Of a DNA stretch of 64,000 bases, positions 52,216-61,770 are shown one piece after another. The stretch is from Myxococcales bacterium (GTDB lineage: Bacteria; Desulfobacterota; Binatia; HRBIN30): contig JBBILD010000006.1 of the NCBI GenBank assembly GCA_037445065.1, positions 96,001-160,000 of the forward strand, in the 5' to 3' direction. A program made the translations under genes and the position numbers. Under the pieces are notes generated by a model. That model worked only from the letters and a program-made list of their open reading frames with translations, was not told the DNA's origin and did not search any database. The first letter of the stretch is position 1, and the number at the start of each line of letters is the position of its first letter.

Positions 52216-53244
52216 ATGAGCCAAGCCGTGGCAGAGGTACTGCGGGAACGCCCGCAAAGCGAGCACCAGCCGAACGAGACCATGCGGGTGTCATATGACA
52301 CCACATACGTTTGGAACTACGGTTCCGTCAAGGAAGGGCTGCGCGACCTGTACGAAAAGGCCAAGCGCGAGCAGTGGAACGGTAGCACGCAGCTCAAGTG
52401 GGAGACGCCGGTAGACCCGGAGGCGGAACTCATCCCTGAACAGTACAATCCGCTCGAAGATTACGGGCCGTACAAGCGCCTTTCCCCGCGTCAGGTGCGT
52501 CACCTCCGCCACGCACAGATCTCCTGGCAGCTCTCCCAGTTCATGCACGGGGAGCAAGGCGCATTGATCGTTGCCTCCCAACTGGTGGCGGCGGCGCCGT
52601 GGACCGATGCGAAGTTTTACGCGGCAACGCAGACCATGGACGAGGCCCGGCACGTCGAGGTGTTTAGCCGCTACCTGCGCGAAAAACTGGACTGGCAGTG
52701 GCCGATCAATCCCAACCTCAAGCACCTGTTGGACCTGATTATTTCCGATGCCCGCTGGGATATGAAGTACCTGGGCATGCAAATCTTGGTCGAAGGGCTG
52801 GCCATGGCTGCGTTCTCGAACATGTACCAACTGGCGCAAGAGCCGTTGATCAAAGAACTCGTCCATTACGTCATGCGCGACGAGTCGCGGCACGTGGCTT
52901 TTGGAGTGCTTTCCCTGAAGGGCTTTTACTTGGACATGCCGGAGAATGAGCGGCGAGACCGCGAGGACTTTGTCATCGAGGCGTGCCGGCTGATGCGCGA
53001 TCGGTTGCTGGCGGAAGAGGTGACCGAGTACATCGGTTTTAACAAGCACGAAGTGCGGCAGATTGTGCTCGATTCACCCGTCATGCGTATGTTTCGGCAG
53101 GCCTTGTTCATGCGCATCGTGCCGAATATCAAAAAGCTCGGGTTGCTTACCCCCCACGTCCGGCGCGCCTTCGAGGAACTGGGGATCATTCAGTTCGAGG
53201 ACGTGGATCCCGAGGAGCAGGACCGGGCCATTGGCCTGGCTTAG
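52216..53244 (+). CDS. Ferritin-like di-iron protein (AurF-like oxygenase family)
   Basis: HGEQGA, DEARH, VEGLA, DESRH di-iron ligand spacing; AGGAAGGAG RBS. Confidence 0.85.
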   Translation: MSQAVAEVLRERPQSEHQPNETMRVSYDTTYVWNYGSVKEGLRDLYEKAKREQWNGSTQLKWETPVDPEAELIPEQYNPLEDYGPYKRLSPRQVRHLRHAQISWQLSQFMHGEQGALIVASQLVAAAPWTDAKFYAATQTMDEARHVEVFSRYLREKLDWQWPINPNLKHLLDLIISDARWDMKYLGMQILVEGLAMAAFSNMYQLAQEPLIKELVHYVMRDESRHVAFGVLSLKGFYLDMPENERRDREDFVIEACRLMRDRLLAEEVTEYIGFNKHEVRQIVLDSPVMRMFRQALFMRIVPNIKKLGLLTPHVRRAFEELGIIQFEDVDPEEQDRAIGLA

Positions 53245-53271
53245 GCCAACCCCTCCCTCCCATGGCCGAAC

Positions 53272-53313
53272 GCGGGCCGGTCGTGCAGCGGCGCGGCCGG
53301 CCCGCTGTTTTCT
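53272..53313 (+). terminator. Intrinsic terminator after the di-iron gene
   Basis: 15-bp stem gcgggccggtcgtgc-agcg-gcgcggccggcccgc (2 G-U pairs) followed by tgttttct. Confidence 0.65.
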
Positions 53314-53618
53314 AGCCCGAGGCGTTCCGGAGGGCAGGTTGGTGCTTGGCTACTCGAGCCCGTGGCTCGCAATGCATGGCTCGTACGAAAGAAGGGCCAC
53401 TCGAGTGCGCTGGCCCTTTGCGTCGCGCCCATGCCGGGCAGACCATCCAATGAGGCTGATGACTGTGGCTCGCCGTGGCGGGAGCGCGGGCGATCGGAGA
53501 CGGGGCTACCACTGGACAACGAAGTGGCGCGGGAGAGCGAAAAAGCCGTTCGCATTCGCTTGCTGAGTACGCTAGGTTTCGGGCACTTTTTCACTCTATA
53601 CGAGGAGTTGGACTGGTT

Positions 53619-55493
53619 ATGGCAACCGCGAAGACATCACGTTCGGTGCAGCGGACCGCGGCGCAGAAGTATCGGCCGGAAGCCCACGAAGTAGCGCCCC
53701 ACCCCAGGGCAGGCGTGGAGATGACCAATGCGGATGCGATTGTGCAGGTACTCGCCGACGAGGGTGTGGATACGGTTTTCGGCTATAGTGGTGGCGCCAT
53801 TTTGCCCACGTACGACGCGATCTTTCGTTACAACGAGGCCAACAAGGATCGCGAGATCCGACTCATCGTTCCGGCGACCGAGCAAGGTGCCGGTTTCATG
53901 GCGGCGGGCTATGCCCGCTCGAGCGGCCGGGTTGGAGTGTTTATCGTGACCTCCGGTCCTGGTGCCACGAATTCAGTGACGCCGATCCGCGACTGCCAGG
54001 CTGACTCGGTGCCGGTGGTGCTGATCACGGGACAAGTGCCGCGTGTGGCCATGGGTACGGATGCGTTTCAAGAAGCACCTGTGTTCAACATCATGGCCGC
54101 CTGCGCCAAGCACGTGTTTCTCGTCACGGACGAAACAAAAGTCGAAGAAACGATCCGTACTGCCTTCCGCATTGCCCTGAGTGGGCGTCCGGGTCCGGTG
54201 GTAGTGGATATACCGCGCGATGTGCAACTGGCGAAGACCAGCTACCGCGGCCACGGGCGGTTGCGCTTACGTGGCTACGATGAACGGCTCGCTGCTCTCG
54301 AGCGTTCGACCCTGTCGCCGCGGGATGCCGAGGAGTTTTTCCGTTTGCTCGGCAATGCCGAGCGGCCCTTGCTGTACGTGGGTGGTGGGATCATCCACTC
54401 GAATGCGGCACCTGAGCTGCGCGCTTTTGTGGAGCGCTTCGGAATCCCGGTCGTCACCACCCTCATGGGTATCGGCGCCTATGACACCAGCGCCGAGCTG
54501 TCGTTACGCATGCTGGGCATGCACGGCACTGCGTACGCGAATTATGCAGTGGAAGACTGCGATTTCTTGTTCGCCGTTGGTTCCCGCTTCGATGATCGTG
54601 TGGCGGGGAAGGTCAAGGAGTTCGCGCCCCACGCCAAAATCGCACATCTGGACATTGACGCTTCGGAAATCGGCAAAGTGAAAGCGGTGGATTGGGCGCA
54701 TGTGGCCGACGCCAAACGCGGCTTGCAGCAACTATTGGAAGCCGGGCGGGACTTTAAAAAGGATTTCTCTCGCTGGCGAGCCTACATCCTCGAACTCAAA
54801 CGCAAGTATCCTCTCAATTGGAACCGAGAATCTCCCCTCATCCAGGCGGAGTACGTCCTTTCCACGCTGAACGAGCTCACCCGCGGCGAAGCGATCGTGA
54901 CCACCGGTGTGGGCCAGCACCAGATGTGGGCGGCCCAGTACTTGGATTTTCACCGCCCCCGTACTTGGTTGACCTCTGGCAGCATGGGCACGATGGGATT
55001 CGGCCTGCCGGCAGCGGTGGGTGCACAGCTTGCAAATCCGGGTGCACTGGTGATCGATGTGGACGGCGACGGCAGCTTACGGATGAACCTGGGTGAATTG
55101 GAAACCCTGACCACGTACGACATCCCGGTCAAAGTGCTGCTGCTGAACAACCTGGGCGATGGCATGGTGCGGCAGTGGCAGGACTTGTTTTACGCCAATC
55201 GGTACTCTGGCTCGGACAAGAGCTTGCACAAGAAGGACTTCGTTAAAGCTGCCGAGGCGGATGGCTTCGCCTTTGCCCGGCGCATTACGCAGATTCCTGA
55301 GGTGCGCCCGGCACTGGAGGAGTTCATTCGTTTTCCAGGACCAGCGCTGCTCGAGGTCATGATCGACCAAAAGGCCCATGTGTACCCGATGGTCGGCCCC
55401 GGAATGGGATACAAGGACATGATTACCGGGAAATTCATCCCGAGCCGGGACAAAGGGCCGAAGACGACCGAGACACCGCCGGGTTACTTTTGA
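53619..55493 (+). CDS. ilvB: Acetolactate synthase large subunit
   Basis: FGYSGGAILP, EQGAG, TSGPGATN, GTDAFQE, GMHG, RFDDRV, GQHQMW, GTMGFGLP, GDGS..NN, GMVRQWQ. Confidence 0.95.
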   Translation: MATAKTSRSVQRTAAQKYRPEAHEVAPHPRAGVEMTNADAIVQVLADEGVDTVFGYSGGAILPTYDAIFRYNEANKDREIRLIVPATEQGAGFMAAGYARSSGRVGVFIVTSGPGATNSVTPIRDCQADSVPVVLITGQVPRVAMGTDAFQEAPVFNIMAACAKHVFLVTDETKVEETIRTAFRIALSGRPGPVVVDIPRDVQLAKTSYRGHGRLRLRGYDERLAALERSTLSPRDAEEFFRLLGNAERPLLYVGGGIIHSNAAPELRAFVERFGIPVVTTLMGIGAYDTSAELSLRMLGMHGTAYANYAVEDCDFLFAVGSRFDDRVAGKVKEFAPHAKIAHLDIDASEIGKVKAVDWAHVADAKRGLQQLLEAGRDFKKDFSRWRAYILELKRKYPLNWNRESPLIQAEYVLSTLNELTRGEAIVTTGVGQHQMWAAQYLDFHRPRTWLTSGSMGTMGFGLPAAVGAQLANPGALVIDVDGDGSLRMNLGELETLTTYDIPVKVLLLNNLGDGMVRQWQDLFYANRYSGSDKSLHKKDFVKAAEADGFAFARRITQIPEVRPALEEFIRFPGPALLEVMIDQKAHVYPMVGPGMGYKDMITGKFIPSRDKGPKTTETPPGYF

Positions 55494-56881
55494 TCGCCGG
55501 TTGGGTTCCGCCGCTGCGCGGCGAGCCGGGCCAGCATTGTCGCGTGCACCTGTCGGGTAAGGGGGTATCTCTGCCCAGCGAGGATCGCGCACAGCAAGAA
55601 CGTCGCGGGCGCGAGGCTCGTGAGCCATAAGATCACGTGGTCTACCTCGCGATCATTGGGTGCACCGGGCTGAAACCCCACAAGCTCGAGTACGCCGAAA
55701 ACGATGGCGACTCCGAGTGCGCCGCCAAGCTTCCGCACGAAGGTAAAGAGCCCGTGGAACAGGCCCTCCCGGCGCTCCCCACTGCGCAGCTCTTCCTCGT
55801 CAATCACTTCTCCGAGCATGGACCACGGCATGACGTCTGCCGCCGCGTAGCCAACCCCGGCGATCGCCATGAGACAGAACATCAACCACACTGGGGCGTC
55901 GCGTTCGACCAAGAGTAGGCTCAGTTGCACGATCAACCAAACGGTAGCTCCCGCCGCAAAAAGCGGCATCTTGTCGGTGTTGCGCGAGACTCTGAGCCAA
56001 GCGGGAAAGGCGACGACGACCGACGCCAGAAACAGCAGCATGCCGATCTCGAAGTGGCGGGACCGCCCCAGCCAGTGAGTGAAAAACAAGATCAGTAAGG
56101 TGCTGACGGTGTCGATCGCCATGCGGCTGAAAAGAAACACCAACACCAGTTGCCGGAAGCTTGCGAGTGCGAAGGCGCTGCGCAGCCCCTTGAGAAGGCT
56201 GGTTTCATAACTCACCCGGTGCAGCTCGGGCCGCTCGAAGCTGACTTTGTAGACCGCAAACCAAGGGACTGCGAAGGCGGCCCCGAACAAACAGGCAGCG
56301 GAGAGAAAGCCCGCCGAGCCTCCGCCAAAATACTCGGCCAGCGGGCGCAGGGCGATGGCTGCGAAAACACCGAGGATGGCTCCGGCCGCACGGAAGGTGT
56401 TGAGCGAGGTGCGGTCGTCATACGTGACCGCCATTTCTGGCTGTAACGCGAGGTAGGGAATGCTGAGCACGGTCATTGCGGTAGTCAGCAAGGAGTACAT
56501 GCCGGCGTAGTAGGCGAAACGGGCCGCCTGCGATTCGAATCCTGGTTCGAGCCACAGCAGGGCAAAGCTGATCGCAAACGGCAGGGAGCCGATGAGAAAG
56601 TAGGGACGCCGGCGCCCGAGGCGCCAGCGCGTTCGGTCGGAAATGCGGCCCATGAGCGGATCGGTGATGGCATCAACGGTGCGCCCGACCAGGGGCACCA
56701 GTCCGGCCAGCGAGGGTCGCAGGCCAGCGACGTGCATGAGAAAGTAACCGGTAAAGACAAAGCTCAGCGCGTTGAGGGCAGCATTGATCGTGAAGTCCCC
56801 GCTGGCATAGACCGCTCGTCGCCAGGCAGTCAGCACGGGCACCGGCTCGGGCCGAGAGCGATGCGCGGCGGGTTGCAGCAT
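55484..56881 (-). CDS. MFS transporter, glycoside-pentoside-hexuronide (MelB-like) family
   Basis: DAITDPLMGRISDRT..GRRRP, PY.AL..EM..DDRT, G.RREG, many TM helices. Confidence 0.88.
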   Translation of the reverse strand: MLQPAAHRSRPEPVPVLTAWRRAVYASGDFTINAALNALSFVFTGYFLMHVAGLRPSLAGLVPLVGRTVDAITDPLMGRISDRTRWRLGRRRPYFLIGSLPFAISFALLWLEPGFESQAARFAYYAGMYSLLTTAMTVLSIPYLALQPEMAVTYDDRTSLNTFRAAGAILGVFAAIALRPLAEYFGGGSAGFLSAACLFGAAFAVPWFAVYKVSFERPELHRVSYETSLLKGLRSAFALASFRQLVLVFLFSRMAIDTVSTLLILFFTHWLGRSRHFEIGMLLFLASVVVAFPAWLRVSRNTDKMPLFAAGATVWLIVQLSLLLVERDAPVWLMFCLMAIAGVGYAAADVMPWSMLGEVIDEEELRSGERREGLFHGLFTFVRKLGGALGVAIVFGVLELVGFQPGAPNDREVDHVILWLTSLAPATFLLCAILAGQRYPLTRQVHATMLARLAAQRRNPTGDQK

Positions 56882-59800
56882 TATCCGGCTAAGGGAGAGG
56901 CCGACTGCTCCGCCCAGCGGGCAAGGAACCTGAGGCCGAGGTTCTGCGCCGCCTGGCTGAGTTCGCTGGCAGAGAAGCCGGTTCGATCGAAGTCGGCGCC
57001 AGCAACGGAACACAACAGGCGGGCGATGCTCGCGTGTAAGCTGCTCAGTTGTCCCCCCGCCCGGTGGCTCGTGATCTCTGTAAACTCCACCGCTTGCGTC
57101 GTGTCCCCGCTGCCTAAGAGCGCAGCGGTGATCACATGGCTGCCGAGAGAGAGGTTGTCGCTACCGCTCAAGAGCTGGGCGACATGGCTGCGGAGCATCG
57201 TAAGGGGGGATTGGGTCCCGAGTTTGCGCGCGGCCAGCACGGCGTAAGCGGCGTCGCGCAGCGAGCCCGCACTCGAGTCGAGGCCTGGTGCCATGTCCAA
57301 GGCCTGCTGGCACAGTTCCAACGCCGCTGCAAAGTCCCCCTCCTCGAACGCGATATGCCCTCGCAAACCCACCATCGCACTCGACACTTTCCGATTTCCG
57401 GCACGCTGGGCGATCGCCTCCGTGGCGTGGCACTCCTCCCGCGCGGCAGCAAACCGCTCGGCAAAGAAAAGCACATGAGCGCGCAGCCAGCGTGTACCAC
57501 AGTATAGGTCGGTGGCGGGATCGCGCTGGCCAGCCTCTTCGAGGAAACGGAGGGCTTGGTCCAGCGCCTGCAGGGATGCCGCGAATCTTCCATCTCGCAA
57601 GCGCATGTACGCGGCGGCGCGAGCTGCGTCGCAAACTGTATTCACCTCGAGGTGGTCTTTCTGTTGGAGAGCTTCCGCAAAAACGCCTTCCACGCGTTCC
57701 AGTGCAGCAGCGAAGTCTTCCCGATAGCCCAGTCCGAGGGCCAGTCCATCGTAGATCGCCAGCACCGCCGCGGCGCTCGGCTCGCCCCACTGCCGTGCGA
57801 TCTCAGTTGCCCGCGCGAAGATTTGGCGGTGGTCCCCGCCCGCCGCGCCGTAAATCACGTGCATGCGGGCTAGGCCTCTGACCGCCTGCAACGCAAGCCG
57901 GGCTGGCTGCTCGTTCGCCGCATGGGGCGCGGTCATTTCCCACGCCTTGCGATACAGGTCCGCAGCGACCTGGTACGAGGGTTCCTCCTCCGCGGCCTGG
58001 GCGGCACGCAGCAGGGAGCGAGCGGCGCGCGCGGGGTTGTCCGTGTGTGACGCGTGGTGGAGGAGTAGGGCGAGAGAGGAACGGTCCAGACCTTCCTGTT
58101 CTTCGAGCAACTGACTGGCTCGTTCGTGCAAGGCTTTTCGTTCTTTGAGGAGCAGTGTCGAGTACGCCACTTCTTGGGTGAGGCTCTCGCCGAAGCGGTA
58201 TTCGTCGGCAGAGAAGACAAAGCGGCGGTGCAACACACCCCGCCGCTCGAGTTCCGCCAACTGCCGGTCCACCTCGATTCCCTCCTCGGTGAGCAGGCGG
58301 GCGAGCATACCGTGCGAGAACTCCCGGCCGAGAACCGACGCCACTTGTAGGGTGCGCTTGGCGGCGGGCGGTAAGCGGTCGATGCGCGCCACGATGACCT
58401 CTTGCACCGTGCTCGGCAAAGGCAACGCAGAGGCCAAAGCGGGCAGCACACCGCCTCCCTCGGCACTGTTTTCGAGGACGGAACGGGTAAGCTCTTCGGC
58501 AAGGAAGGGGTTGCCCTCTGCCTTTTGTAAGATTTGCTCGACTGCTTCTGTAGAAAGGCGCTCGCCGCCGATGCTGCGTACAATTGTACTCACGGCTTCG
58601 CGGCTCAAAGGGCCAAGCGGTACCAGGGTTTGCACGGCTGGGCTTTGCGGCGTGAACAGGAAATCGGGGCGGTGGCTGAGCCAGAACAGCACGGGGCCCG
58701 AAGCTGCTTGCAGCGCTGCTTGCAACATTTCGAGAGAAGGGGGGTCGATCCAATGGAGGTCTTCGACAACCAAGACCACCGGGTGGCGGCGCAACTCAGC
58801 GCGCACGAGCTGCGAAACAGCCCCGAATGTGCCGAGTTTTCGTTTGCGCTCACTCAGCGGCTCCGGGAAAGACACCGGCAGCCCAAGAACCAGCTCGAGC
58901 CATGGCGTCTCAAGGAGCAGCGCCGGATCAAGTTCCTCGGCCTTCTGTTTCAGGCGGGCGCGCAAGGCCGGAGCCGGGGTGTCGGGTCCCGCCTCCAGAT
59001 AGCGGCGCAACATTTTCGCCCACGGCACATAGGGAAGAAGTTGGGTAAATGGCGAGCCACGGGTCTCGAACCAGGCCAAATCGCGCTCGGCTAAGCGCTG
59101 GCGCAATTCGAACAGCAAGCGCGACTTGCCGCTGCCCGGCCCGCCGCTGACAACTATCAGTTGGGGTACGCCCCGATCGAGCGCGGCAAAGCAGGCGAGG
59201 AGTTGATCGAGATGTGCCTCGCGGCCAACAAATGGCGTCAAGCCGTAGCCAGCGTCCAGCTCGTGGATCTCCGACCCGGAGCGAGGCGAAGAGAGGGCTC
59301 CCAGCACCTCGTATGCTTCAACTGGCTCGCTTTTCCCCTTCGCCGGAAGCGCCCCAGCCGGGCGGCAGGAGAACACCCTCCGCACTGCACGGTAGGTGGC
59401 GGCACTGATGAGGATCGCACCCGGAGGGGCCAGCGATTCCAGTCGAGCTGCTGTGTGCGTTGTGTCGCCGATGGCACTGTAGTCCGCCTTCAATTCATTG
59501 CCCACGGCACCGACAACCGCAGGTCCAGAGTGTATGCCGATCCGAGCCTGCAATCGAATGCCGCGGCGAGCCCGCAACTCGCGATCGAGGCGGCCGAGCG
59601 CCGTTTGGATCTCGAGGGCGGCAAGCACCGCCCGCTGGGCATCGTTTTCGTGTGCAAGCGGAGCACCGAACAAGGCCATGAAGCCGTCCCCGGCAAGCTG
59701 GTTCACCATCCCTTCGAAGTGGTGCACGGCACGAATGGCGATTTCCAAATATTGGTCGAGAAGTTCGCGGAAATCCTCTGGATCGAGGCGTTCGGCTAAA

Positions 59801-60144
59801 GCTGTGGAGCCGACCAGATCACAGAACATCACGGTTACTTGCTTGCGCTCGGCGCGGGCAAAGTTGGGTGCAACTGGGCTCGAATTCGACGCCGCAGCGC
59901 CCCAAGGGGGATCGATCGGCGAGCTGGTAGCGGCGGCGTCGCTGCGCGCGGCCTCGGAAATTTGCTCTGCGGCCGGTGCAGGGGGAGATGCCTCGGAGAT
60001 GGGCGAGCCGCAATCCGCGCAGAAGCGGTCCCCCGGCTCTGCCTCCGCTCCGCATCGTCCGCAGCGCAGTCCAAAAGAAGTCCCACACTGGGTGCAGAAC
60101 GGCTTTTGCCGCCGCCGCGGCGCACCGCAGGAGGGACAGTTCAT
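56881..60144 (-). CDS. Double zinc-ribbon, class III nucleotide cyclase, AAA/STAND ATPase and TPR-like protein
   Basis: Four CxxC; ERKQVTVMFCDLVGST, GDG, RIGIHSG, AARL; FVGRE, GGPGSGKS, EDLHW. Confidence 0.9.
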   Translation of the reverse strand: MNCPSCGAPRRRQKPFCTQCGTSFGLRCGRCGAEAEPGDRFCADCGSPISEASPPAPAAEQISEAARSDAAATSSPIDPPWGAAASNSSPVAPNFARAERKQVTVMFCDLVGSTALAERLDPEDFRELLDQYLEIAIRAVHHFEGMVNQLAGDGFMALFGAPLAHENDAQRAVLAALEIQTALGRLDRELRARRGIRLQARIGIHSGPAVVGAVGNELKADYSAIGDTTHTAARLESLAPPGAILISAATYRAVRRVFSCRPAGALPAKGKSEPVEAYEVLGALSSPRSGSEIHELDAGYGLTPFVGREAHLDQLLACFAALDRGVPQLIVVSGGPGSGKSRLLFELRQRLAERDLAWFETRGSPFTQLLPYVPWAKMLRRYLEAGPDTPAPALRARLKQKAEELDPALLLETPWLELVLGLPVSFPEPLSERKRKLGTFGAVSQLVRAELRRHPVVLVVEDLHWIDPPSLEMLQAALQAASGPVLFWLSHRPDFLFTPQSPAVQTLVPLGPLSREAVSTIVRSIGGERLSTEAVEQILQKAEGNPFLAEELTRSVLENSAEGGGVLPALASALPLPSTVQEVIVARIDRLPPAAKRTLQVASVLGREFSHGMLARLLTEEGIEVDRQLAELERRGVLHRRFVFSADEYRFGESLTQEVAYSTLLLKERKALHERASQLLEEQEGLDRSSLALLLHHASHTDNPARAARSLLRAAQAAEEEPSYQVAADLYRKAWEMTAPHAANEQPARLALQAVRGLARMHVIYGAAGGDHRQIFARATEIARQWGEPSAAAVLAIYDGLALGLGYREDFAAALERVEGVFAEALQQKDHLEVNTVCDAARAAAYMRLRDGRFAASLQALDQALRFLEEAGQRDPATDLYCGTRWLRAHVLFFAERFAAAREECHATEAIAQRAGNRKVSSAMVGLRGHIAFEEGDFAAALELCQQALDMAPGLDSSAGSLRDAAYAVLAARKLGTQSPLTMLRSHVAQLLSGSDNLSLGSHVITAALLGSGDTTQAVEFTEITSHRAGGQLSSLHASIARLLCSVAGADFDRTGFSASELSQAAQNLGLRFLARWAEQSASPLAG

Positions 60145-60147
60145 CGC

Positions 60148-61128
60148 TCAGCTATCTCCAACGAGGCGCCCGGTGGGATCAAGCTGCCCTGCGAGTTTTT
60201 TGGCAGTCTCGCGTTCCATAAAATCAACGATTTGCCGTTCCAGATGCAGTCCGCTCGCGGCGTTGATCTGCCGCACCGCAGAAGGGCTGGTGATATTGAC
60301 CTCGGTGAGGTAGCCGCCGATTACGTCCAGCCCGGCCAGCGCGAGCCCCTCGCTGCGCAAAAAGGCACCGACCACACGTACGATTTCTTGTTCTCGCGCT
60401 GTCAGCCGGGTCGGCTCGACCCTCGCCCCCTGGTGGATGTTGGCGAGGCGGTCTAGCGCCGCCGGAATGCGGTTCACCGCCCCGATCGCTTCCCCGTCGA
60501 GAAGGAAGATGCGCTTGTCCCCGTGGCAAACTTCGGCCAAGTACGCTTGCACGACGATGGGCTCCGGCGCGTAGCGCTCAAGCATCTCTGCGAGCGCGGC
60601 CTCGAACCCCTTACGGTCGGTGATGCGGATCCCCCGGCCACTGCACTCGCTGAGTGGCTTGAGCACGACCCGCTCGAACGACTGTGCAAACGCAAGCAGG
60701 TCGCGCGCATGCCGGCTCACGCAGGTGGGCGGGCAGAAGCGAGGGAAAAGCAGCGGAAGAAGCTTTTCGCTCCACAACAGTACGCTGCTTGGACGATTGA
60801 TCACAAGCGGGCGTCTGGCCATGGCCAGGGTTTGGGCAGCAAAGCGGTAGCCCTCATCCACCGGGGGGTCTTGCCGCATGAGGATCAGGTCGAACCACTC
60901 GAGTTCTCCCTCGTATTCGCTGCTGCCAGGAACAATGGGGCGGCCGTCCGGTTCGACCGACAAGCGCCGGGCGTGGGTCAGGGCGGCGCTGCTCGTTAGC
61001 GAGAGTTCGCGCGGGAGCGCCATCCAAACTTCGTGACCCCGCCGCTCGAGTTCCTCGACCAGCAACAGCGAGGTTTCGGTTTGGAGGTTGAGTCGCTCGA
61101 GCGGATCGAGCACCACGAGCACGCGCAT
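60148..61128 (-). CDS. gshB: Glutathione synthetase
   Basis: DPLERL, MRQDPP, EKL, KPL, GDKRIFL, NIHQG, GLDVIG.YLTEVNITSPS. Confidence 0.88.
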   Translation of the reverse strand: MRVLVVLDPLERLNLQTETSLLLVEELERRGHEVWMALPRELSLTSSAALTHARRLSVEPDGRPIVPGSSEYEGELEWFDLILMRQDPPVDEGYRFAAQTLAMARRPLVINRPSSVLLWSEKLLPLLFPRFCPPTCVSRHARDLLAFAQSFERVVLKPLSECSGRGIRITDRKGFEAALAEMLERYAPEPIVVQAYLAEVCHGDKRIFLLDGEAIGAVNRIPAALDRLANIHQGARVEPTRLTAREQEIVRVVGAFLRSEGLALAGLDVIGGYLTEVNITSPSAVRQINAASGLHLERQIVDFMERETAKKLAGQLDPTGRLVGDS

Positions 61129-61340
61129 GTCCCGCACCCTAACACGCCTGCGCGCCTCCGCTACTGCGGGGGTCGTTCCCGCCCTCGGCTCGCCGAACTT
61201 GCTTGAGCACAAGGATTCAGTGCGGTAGTTTGCTGCCTCGTGTGCGTGATCTGGTTTTGTAAAACCAGCAACGAGTCGGCGGCGTTGGAGAGGCTCGCTC
61301 GAGGGGGCAACTCGCGCCGGAAGCAAGGGGGGCCGACACC

Positions 61341-61745
61341 ATGAAGCTGAGAGGGAAGGAGTTGGCCTTCATCCGTTCGCAAAGGGTGGCACGCCTAGCT
61401 ACGGTCGGACCCGGAGGAGAGCCCCATAACGTTCCCGTATGTGTGGTGGCGGTGGGCGGGAATTTGTACTTTGCCTCCGAGGCGAAGGCGCGAAAGGTGA
61501 AAAACCTCGCGGCCAACCCGCGCGCGGCTCTGGTGTTCGACGTGTATGAGGAGGACTGGAACCGGCTGGCGGGAGTGATGGTGGTTGGCCGAGCAGCGAT
61601 TCTGGAAAAGGGAACCACCTTCCACCGCATCCGCCTTGCGCTGTACCGGAAGTACCGGCAGTACAAGAAATTTGCGCCCATCGAAGAGGGAGAGTCGGTA
61701 ATCGTGGCGATTACTCCGGAGACCTCGTTCTCATGGGGGCTCTAG
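61341..61745 (+). CDS. Pyridoxamine 5'-phosphate oxidase-like (PPOX/F420-dependent class) protein
   Basis: RVARLATV..GEPHNVPV..KVKNLAANPRAAL..D.YEEDW..KY.QY..SWG. Confidence 0.82.
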   Translation: MKLRGKELAFIRSQRVARLATVGPGGEPHNVPVCVVAVGGNLYFASEAKARKVKNLAANPRAALVFDVYEEDWNRLAGVMVVGRAAILEKGTTFHRIRLALYRKYRQYKKFAPIEEGESVIVAITPETSFSWGL

Positions 61746-61770
61746 GGAAAACGACAGTTGGGAGGACGGT

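Noticed and set aside
53314..53618. ilv attenuator or T-box leader
   Set aside because: No Leu/Ile/Val-rich leader peptide, T-box motif or terminator/antiterminator pair found
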